From Candidatus Hydrogenedentota bacterium (GTDB taxonomy: Bacteria > Hydrogenedentota > Hydrogenedentia > Hydrogenedentales > SLHB01), in assembly GCA_045863295.1 (NCBI GenBank), contig BTWA01000002.1:258146-322145 (forward strand): a stretch of 64,000 nucleotides of DNA, given 5' to 3'. The stretch's first letter is position 1. Every line of letters begins with the position of its first letter. The position numbers and the translations under genes were made by a program. Positions 57,502 to 64,000 of the stretch are shown in pieces. The notes beneath the pieces were generated by a model. It was not told the origin of the DNA, ran no database searches, and was given only the letters and a program-made list of their open reading frames with translations.

Positions 57502-58908
57502 TTACTCCCCTTCTTTGAGTGGCCAGTGCTCGTTGTCCGTGCGGGCGCGATCCATCATACTTCCAAATTCCGCAGCTATTTCCGGATAGGTTGAGGCCAT
57601 ATCCCGGGTTTCCTTGGGATCGTTGTTCAAGTCATACACTTCCACGGTCCCGCTCACGCGCAGCCGTACGCCCTTCCACGAACCTTTGCGAATGGCTTGG
57701 CGCGAACCCTTTTCGTGGAATTCCCAATACAGGTACTCGTGAACCGGCTGATTTATCGGCCTGCCGCCGCTGGCTTTGGCCAGCAGGGTCGGGGCGAGGG
57801 AAATGCCATCGAGACCGCCGGGGACCGATGCGCCAGATATGTCCGCTGCCGTGGGCAAGAAATCCCAAAACGCCCAGACGCGATGGTTCACCTCGCCCGA
57901 GGGCACCGTGCCGGGCCACCATGCCATCGCCGGAACGCGAATACCTCCCTCGTACAGGTCGCGTTTTGTTCCACGCCAGATTCCTGAGCTGTCGAAGAAA
58001 TCGGGGTCGGCCCCGCCTTCCTTGTGAGGGCCGTTGTCGCTGGAAAAGATAACGAGCGTATTCTCGGCGATCCCGAGGTCGCGCAGTTTTTGAAGCACGC
58101 GCCCTACGTCGGCATCAAGGCGCGAGATCATGGCTGCATGGCCCTTTTGCGGGTCGGGCCAGGGTTCCTTGGCGTATATTCCATAGTCCGGGATTTCCAT
58201 GCCATTGCCCGTGGCCCTGCCGCCTTCGTTATTTGCGTGGGGCAGCGTAAAGGCGAGATACAGGAAGAATGGGTCCGCCTTGTGGTCCTCAATCCACTTT
58301 AGACCCTCTTCCGCAATGACGTCCTGGGAGTATGTGACTTTTTCAATGGACACCTGCGGTTCGGATTCCTTGTTCCCAGGAAGGGTCACCTTCTCTTCGT
58401 CTCGCCAGAGAAATTCCGGGTAATAGTTGTGGGCGTGTCCCTGGTCGAGGTAGCCGAAGAAATAATCGAAACCCTGCCGATTTGGGTGGCCCGTGGTGCC
58501 TTCGTTACCGAGACCCCATTTGCCGATTAGACCGGTGGCGTAGCCCGCGCTCTTCAGGACTTCCGCCACGGTGGTGTCTTCCGGGCGCAATGGCACACGC
58601 GCATTCCCGCGTATGTGGCAATGTCCGGTATGGAGGCCGGTCATCAAAGCGCACCGAGATGGAGCGCACACCGTACTTCCCGCGTAGCATTGCGTGAAGC
58701 GAATGCCTTCGCAGGCCATCTTGTCGAGGTTTGGTGTCTGAACCATCTTTTGCCCGTAGCAGCCGAGATCGCCGTAACCCAGATCATCCGCGAGGATGAA
58801 GATGATGTTGGGTTTGGCGGCACCCGCTGCTTGCACGCCGATAGATGCAGTTGCTCCGAGTCCAAGCGCAGTGGATTGAAGCCATTGGCGACGGCTAAGT
58901 TTAATCAT
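57502..58908 (-). CDS. arylsulfatase (formylglycine-dependent), Tat-exported
   Basis: SRRQWL Tat motif; PNIIFILADDLG, CAPSRCALMTG, SSDNG, LYEGGIRVP. Confidence 0.93.
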   Translation of the reverse strand: MIKLSRRQWLQSTALGLGATASIGVQAAGAAKPNIIFILADDLGYGDLGCYGQKMVQTPNLDKMACEGIRFTQCYAGSTVCAPSRCALMTGLHTGHCHIRGNARVPLRPEDTTVAEVLKSAGYATGLIGKWGLGNEGTTGHPNRQGFDYFFGYLDQGHAHNYYPEFLWRDEEKVTLPGNKESEPQVSIEKVTYSQDVIAEEGLKWIEDHKADPFFLYLAFTLPHANNEGGRATGNGMEIPDYGIYAKEPWPDPQKGHAAMISRLDADVGRVLQKLRDLGIAENTLVIFSSDNGPHKEGGADPDFFDSSGIWRGTKRDLYEGGIRVPAMAWWPGTVPSGEVNHRVWAFWDFLPTAADISGASVPGGLDGISLAPTLLAKASGGRPINQPVHEYLYWEFHEKGSRQAIRKGSWKGVRLRVSGTVEVYDLNNDPKETRDMASTYPEIAAEFGSMMDRARTDNEHWPLKEGE

Positions 58909-59075
58909 GGTAGGTGCTCCGGTTGAATGCGTTACGCCGTTCTAACGGAAAGCTCACTGAGTATTCAATGCCACGTTGCACGGTGTCCGAATCACTTGAA
59001 GATCGGTATCCAGCGCCTTCTGGAGATTCATGCCTGGGTGCGGTACAGTCTCGCCATGGGAGGATACGGAATCCT

Positions 59076-60296
59076 ATGATATCCATAGAACACAGCGAAT
59101 TGTGTGTCCGTTACGTGTTGGAGCGTGCCCGGCATGTAATTGAAACTTTTGGGCCGCGGCCGCCTGGGAGCGAGGCGGAATGCAAGACACAAGAGTTGGT
59201 GCGCGCGGATTTGGAGGCGTGTTGCGACGGACCGGTATCGTTTGAGGAGTTTCAAGTCGCTCCAAAGGCATTTTTCAGCATGCAGGCCGTGGGCGGGGTG
59301 CTGACCGTGCTGGCATTCGCGCTGTATTGGTTGCATCCGGGGTTGGCACTTGCCGCGCAGTTGGCGGCGGCCGTTGTCATGTATTTTCAACTGCTGCGGT
59401 ACCGGTTGTTCCTGGATCCGTTCTTCCCCAAGAAGCCCAGCTACAATGTCGCGGGACGCCAACAGCCGAAAGGCGCCGTGAAACGGCGGCTAATTCTCAA
59501 CGGCCATCCCGATGCCGCCTACGAGTGGCGATTCAACTACTTGATGCCCAAGTGGTTTCCGATCATTGTGCTGTACACGGTGGCAGGCTTGATTGCGGCC
59601 AATGCCATTTACGTGGTGGCAACGCTTGTCGCATTGATTGCGGGGCCGTCAAGTCCGCGGGCATTGTGGCAGATCGGCATACTTGCCGCTTTGTTTGTGC
59701 CTGCAGGGATTATCGGGATCCTGTTCAACAATTTCAGAATAGTGGCCCCCGGAGCCAATGACAATCTCACCGGGACATTTATTGCCACCGGAATTTTGAA
59801 GTATTTGCGTGAGAGTGGCGATCCATTGCGCAATACGGAATTGATGGCCGTCATCACCGGATCGGAAGAGGCCGGCTTGCGAGGCGCAAAGGAATGGGCA
59901 ATGCGACACAAGGCCGAATGTGGGGATGTGGAAACCGTAGTAATTGCCTTAGACACCTTTCGCGATTTACCTCACCTGACCATCTACAATCGAGATATGA
60001 ACGGAACCGTCGCTCTCGACCCGGCCGTCTGCGATCTATTGAAGCGGGCCGCGTTGGCGACCGGCCGCGACTTGCCATTTGGATCCATCTATCTGGGATC
60101 GTCTGACGGAGCCGCTTTTGCACAAGCTGGCTTTCGTACAGGGATGTTGGGCGGCATGGATCCGCATCCCGCACACTACTACCACACGCGCCGCGACACG
60201 TGGGAGATCATGGACGAAGTCTGTGTGCAGGCTACCATCGAAGTATTGCTGGAGGCCATTCGACTGTACGACGAAGAGGGACTGAAGTCCGGCTAG
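59076..60296 (+). CDS. membrane-anchored M28 family peptidase
   Basis: GPRPPGS, GHPD, GANDN, GSEEAGL, SSD, YYHT; internal TM helices. Confidence 0.85.
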   Translation: MISIEHSELCVRYVLERARHVIETFGPRPPGSEAECKTQELVRADLEACCDGPVSFEEFQVAPKAFFSMQAVGGVLTVLAFALYWLHPGLALAAQLAAAVVMYFQLLRYRLFLDPFFPKKPSYNVAGRQQPKGAVKRRLILNGHPDAAYEWRFNYLMPKWFPIIVLYTVAGLIAANAIYVVATLVALIAGPSSPRALWQIGILAALFVPAGIIGILFNNFRIVAPGANDNLTGTFIATGILKYLRESGDPLRNTELMAVITGSEEAGLRGAKEWAMRHKAECGDVETVVIALDTFRDLPHLTIYNRDMNGTVALDPAVCDLLKRAALATGRDLPFGSIYLGSSDGAAFAQAGFRTGMLGGMDPHPAHYYHTRRDTWEIMDEVCVQATIEVLLEAIRLYDEEGLKSG

Positions 60297-60312
60297 CAAT
60301 TGGGGCCTATAC

Positions 60313-60630
60313 CTATTCCGACTCTGTGTCGCGTTTGACGTTGAGTAGCCGGCTCGCCCAAAGATCCTCGAATCCGCTTACCCACCGCTCATAGATCTGG
60401 CGGATAGGCACGGCGTTGATGGTGTTGATACGCAGGCGGCCTTCTTCGCGCGTGTTTACCAGGCTGGCGTCACGCAAAACATCAAGATGTTTCATTACGC
60501 CGAACCGGGACAGACGCGGAAAATGATCCACAATTTCCGTGGTTGTCTTCGGCCCATCGCGAAGAAAATCGAGAATGTCTCGCCGCGTGGGATCGGACAA
60601 GGCCTTCCATACCGAATCAAGATCGGCCAA
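60313..60630 (-). CDS. ArsR/SmtB family transcriptional regulator
   Basis: KALSDPTRRDIL, SRFGVMKHLDVL, wHTH. Confidence 0.9.
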   Translation of the reverse strand: MADLDSVWKALSDPTRRDILDFLRDGPKTTTEIVDHFPRLSRFGVMKHLDVLRDASLVNTREEGRLRINTINAVPIRQIYERWVSGFEDLWASRLLNVKRDTESE

Positions 60631-60692
60631 CGCAGTTTTCGCCCTCTAGGTAGATGCGGCACACCGCATGCAACAATGGCCTCGACGTGTTT

Positions 60693-61124
60693 TCAGGACT
60701 CCAATTCCGTCTTGATTGCTTCAATCATTCCACGCCAACCTTCGGCCATGCCGGTTCGATGGTCGTCCTGAATAAACCCCAATGCACGGTGCCGGAAACG
60801 AACGTGGGTTGAATCGCCTTCTTCCTTCAACACAAAATCGATATGGTTCACCACGGGATACGACATCATGGTCGGGCCGCACAATTCCAGCAGGGTAGGC
60901 GCCTTGATAGATTGGACAAACCCCCACAAATGGCCGTTGCCGTCGCCCAAGTCGCGGTACCAGCGACCGCCGGGTTTGCGTTCCAGATGCATGTTCATGG
61001 AGCGCCCATCCGGATAGACCATGCCCGTGGTGATTTGTCGGATAATGCCTTCGAACACCTTGGCGATGGGGGCCTTTACATCAATTTGTTGTTCAATTTC
61101 GACGGTCATTTTGTCGAGTTCCAT
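60693..61124 (-). CDS. SRPBCC/AHSA1 domain protein
   Basis: RBS GGGAG; IDVKAP..KVF, KPGGRW, APTLLEL, HRTGMAEGW. Confidence 0.8.
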   Translation of the reverse strand: MELDKMTVEIEQQIDVKAPIAKVFEGIIRQITTGMVYPDGRSMNMHLERKPGGRWYRDLGDGNGHLWGFVQSIKAPTLLELCGPTMMSYPVVNHIDFVLKEEGDSTHVRFRHRALGFIQDDHRTGMAEGWRGMIEAIKTELES

Positions 61125-61170
61125 GATTTCTCTCCCGTTGAGCCTTGGGCTGATCGAGCGTCGGCGATAA

Positions 61171-61192
61171 TACGTGACCAAATAGTAACATA
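61171..61192. promoter_or_regulatory. putative ArsR operator (imperfect palindrome)
   Basis: TACGTGAC-N6-GTAACATA upstream of the SRPBCC-ArsR unit. Confidence 0.55.
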
Positions 61193-61322
61193 ATAATTTT
61201 CGTGCGTCAAGGGGGCGGCGCCATGTTTCATCCGGCCCGAGCGCGGCACCTATTGGCCGTTGGAATCAGTAGGGGGTTTTGCCCATGCTACGGGCGATTT
61301 CTATTTGCGGAGGCACATTATC

Positions 61323-62873
61323 GTGGAGAAGAAAGTCTGGCCGTCGCTGGCATTGGCCGCTGCTCTGGCAGGCCTGAGCGGCTTTCTACGGGTAGACACT
61401 TCCCATCCTCCCGCGGAAGACGCCGCCATGTTGATGCGTTATTCCCAGCACCTTGCCGAAGGACATGGCATCGTATGGAATGTAGGGGAGGCGCCGTTGG
61501 ACGGAGCGACGGACTTTCTGTTCATGGTTGCCATAGCGTGGTGTTCCAAGTTTGGAATCGGCCTGGAGTCTGTTACCAGGGGCCTGTTGCTTGCAGCCCA
61601 CGTGGGAACTTCGGCGATTCTATTTGCATCCGTTCGCTGGATCGGACGAACTTCCCTGATACCGGCTGCGAGTTCATTTGCCTATCTACTTGTGGGTCCC
61701 GGCCTGGTCTATATCGAAACCTATTTCGGTGCACCCGTATTTGCGTTTTGTGCCGCGCTGGCGTGGTTGTGCGCGCTGGTCTTGATGGACAGCAGTAACT
61801 CGCACCGGTGTACCATAGGATTTGCCTTCGCGTCTCTATTGATGGGCCTCGTGCGGCCGGAAGGCGTTTTGTTGAGTTTGTTGATGCTTGCCGCTGTGGT
61901 GACCGCCGTGGGTTGGAAGCGATCACGTCCGGCAATGCTCTGGTATGCAGGTCTTTTCGGCACTATCGGCTTGGCGTATTTCCTGTGGCGTTGGAACTAC
62001 TTCGGGCATCCGCTCCCAAATCCTTTCTACAAAAAAGGGGGCGGCATGCTTCATTTCGCGGGACTCAAGGATTCCGTATTCAACACAGTCAAGTTTACGC
62101 TTCCCATCCTACCCTTGTATGCCCTCGGCCTGCTTGCGCCCACTACAAGACGCCGTACGTTGGCAATCTCCATTCCGCTGGTTGGATTCGCGACGTGTTT
62201 CATTTTGGTTTCCAGCGAGATGAATTTTGCCGGCCGGTTTCAATATGCGCTGCTGCCCATGGCTTTGATGGCGTGGCCTTGGACTGTGCGCGCTTGCTAT
62301 AACGAAGAGACCGCCACGCCGCTGCAGAAAAGAAAGGCCATGTGCGTATCCGTGATTCTGCTACTATTCGGATTACTTCATTTTGATAACCTGCGCCAAG
62401 ACTGGGCGGTCCATGCCGACGGCAGGGCTCATCTCGGCAAGGCGCTTCATGAATACCGCGGTAAGAATCTCCGCCTGGCCACGAGCGAAGCAGGTCTCCT
62501 GCCTTTCTACTCCCAATGGAAGACGCTCGATACCTGGGGCCTGAATGACTCCGTGATTGCGCGGGAAGGCACGATTCGCTCGGAATACCTGGAGGCGTTC
62601 GATCCTGACTTGGTTGTATTTCATGCCTATGACCCGCCCGATGCCGGCGGACTGCCGGGATGGGGCGCGATGACGGAAGTCTTGCGGGACTATGTGACCC
62701 GTAGGGAATTTATACTGGCAGCCGCCTACGGCGAGTCGCCGGAGGATGTTCATCTCTATTACATAAAGCCTGGCATTCCATTGTCAGAAGAATTGGTAAG
62801 GCAAATTCGGGGCGCCATCTATGCTTGGCCAGCAACCGGCAAACCCGCGAAGAATTTTGCGGTGGCTCAATGA
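61323..62873 (+). CDS. GT-C-like multipass membrane glycosyltransferase (AftB-like)
   Basis: EDAAMLMRYSQHLAEGHGIVWN, RPEG, YFGHPLPN, AGLLPF...DTWGLND; RBS GGAGG. Confidence 0.65.
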   Translation: MEKKVWPSLALAAALAGLSGFLRVDTSHPPAEDAAMLMRYSQHLAEGHGIVWNVGEAPLDGATDFLFMVAIAWCSKFGIGLESVTRGLLLAAHVGTSAILFASVRWIGRTSLIPAASSFAYLLVGPGLVYIETYFGAPVFAFCAALAWLCALVLMDSSNSHRCTIGFAFASLLMGLVRPEGVLLSLLMLAAVVTAVGWKRSRPAMLWYAGLFGTIGLAYFLWRWNYFGHPLPNPFYKKGGGMLHFAGLKDSVFNTVKFTLPILPLYALGLLAPTTRRRTLAISIPLVGFATCFILVSSEMNFAGRFQYALLPMALMAWPWTVRACYNEETATPLQKRKAMCVSVILLLFGLLHFDNLRQDWAVHADGRAHLGKALHEYRGKNLRLATSEAGLLPFYSQWKTLDTWGLNDSVIAREGTIRSEYLEAFDPDLVVFHAYDPPDAGGLPGWGAMTEVLRDYVTRREFILAAAYGESPEDVHLYYIKPGIPLSEELVRQIRGAIYAWPATGKPAKNFAVAQ

Positions 62874-63027
62874 GACTAATTGGACGCACCCGGAAAATAG
62901 AACTCCTTGGTTAACGTTAGTGGTTGTCTTGCTGATCGTTGACGCCCCACGAATTATTCGGCGGCCCGGTACAACCCTCCTAGTGGGTTATGCCAGGCCG
63001 CCTGCTGAGTGGGTTCCGTAGCGTGGC

Positions 63028-63999
63028 TTATTGAAAGATTTCTTCTTCTTCCGCGGACTTGAGCGGGAATCGCAGCACGAAGGCCGCGCCACCGTGTTCA
63101 CTTTCGCCGACTACAACATCTCCGCGGTGTTTGCGCATGACGTTCTTGACCGCCGTGAGGCCGAGGCCGGTGCCGCTTTTGCCTTTGGTGGTGTAGAACG
63201 TTTCGAATATCTTGGTGCGGTCTTCCGGCTTGATGCCTGGTCCCGAATCTTCCACTGAGATACAGATGGTGTCATTTTCGCGCCAGGTGCGCACAAACAG
63301 GTTGCGCGGTGCTCCTTGTCCTTCCATCGCCTGACACGCGTTCGTCATCAGATTCAGGATGGCCTGGCGGATCAGTACAAAGTCACCGACACACGACGGC
63401 ACGTTCTGCGCGAATTCGAACGTGGCATGAGCCCCGTATTTCTTCAGCAAGGCCTGGCTGACCTTGCGGCAGTTTTCGGCGATATCGTTGATGTTGAGTA
63501 CCGTAAACCGGTGGCCGTCGTGCCGCAGGAAGTTCATCGCCGAGCGTACGATGTCCGTACACAGTTCCGTCTGCGATTGGACCATCTTCATGCGTTCTGG
63601 ATTCTTTGGCGCGGCCGGGTTGGCCACCATCATTTCCAATTGACCGGATATAACCGCCAGCGGGCTGCCCAGGTCATGTAACATGCCGGAGACGAAGCGT
63701 CCGAGCGTTTCGAACCGATTGGCTTCCAAGGCGAGGTGTTCCATACGCTGCCGTTCTTGTTCGGCGCGCCGCCGGGTCAATCCCTGGTGCACGTGGCGCA
63801 TCATGACGTTCGCATCGAACGGCTTTTCAATATAGGCCATCGCGCCGAATTCCACTGCCTGCATGGCGGTGTCCAGTTCGCCGTAGCCGGTAAGGATTAC
63901 CACCTCCACGCCTGGAAACTTCACCTTGGCCCACCGCAGCAGATCGACGCCGGTCTGTTTGGGCATCCTCAAGTCGGTGATGATGAGATCAACGTTTCC
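63028..63999 (-). CDS. hybrid response regulator/histidine kinase (5' end outside the window)
   Basis: DLIITDLRMP receiver, ILTGYG, EKPF; HDLGSPL H-box; NACQAM, DSGPGI, GTGLGL. Confidence 0.9.
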   Translation of the reverse strand, partial: GNVDLIITDLRMPKQTGVDLLRWAKVKFPGVEVVILTGYGELDTAMQAVEFGAMAYIEKPFDANVMMRHVHQGLTRRRAEQERQRMEHLALEANRFETLGRFVSGMLHDLGSPLAVISGQLEMMVANPAAPKNPERMKMVQSQTELCTDIVRSAMNFLRHDGHRFTVLNINDIAENCRKVSQALLKKYGAHATFEFAQNVPSCVGDFVLIRQAILNLMTNACQAMEGQGAPRNLFVRTWRENDTICISVEDSGPGIKPEDRTKIFETFYTTKGKSGTGLGLTAVKNVMRKHRGDVVVGESEHGGAAFVLRFPLKSAEEEEIFQ

Positions 64000-64000
64000 G

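Overview
GC-rich bacterial chromosomal segment with about 50 CDS and one tRNA-Val(CAC). No CRISPR array, transposase, integrase or phage gene was found. The gene mix (sulfatase, DUF4838, GH172, DUF6807, a giant TPR protein) resembles Hydrogenedentota/PVC-type genomes; that lineage is only an inference. Content includes core metabolism (mitochondrial-type aconitase, delta-9 desaturase, ActP/DUF485, BtuFCD-like ABC transporter, RlmD-type methyltransferase), carbohydrate and envelope genes (WecA-like, beta-helix hydrolase, GH172-ROK-PIG-L, PseB/PseC, GT-C-like protein) and two hybrid kinases. The main observations outside the ORF track or easy to miss are: (1) two short hydrophobic genes (45 and 47 aa), each with promoter, strong RBS and terminator, facing inward around a GDPD-LMW-PTP-fructosamine kinase trio; (2) a near-perfect sigma-28 promoter ahead of an orphan FlgM-like gene; (3) a 2951-aa exported TPR protein with a PA14-like tail, translationally coupled to a pRiA4b ORF-3 gene beside tRNA-Val and a probably leaderless AAA_14/DUF4143 ATPase; (4) a PbfA-like PLP enzyme with no phn genes nearby; (5) a 3x24-bp palindromic tandem repeat and a 9-bp periodic repeat. 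All family calls come from motif recognition by eye, with no database searches.
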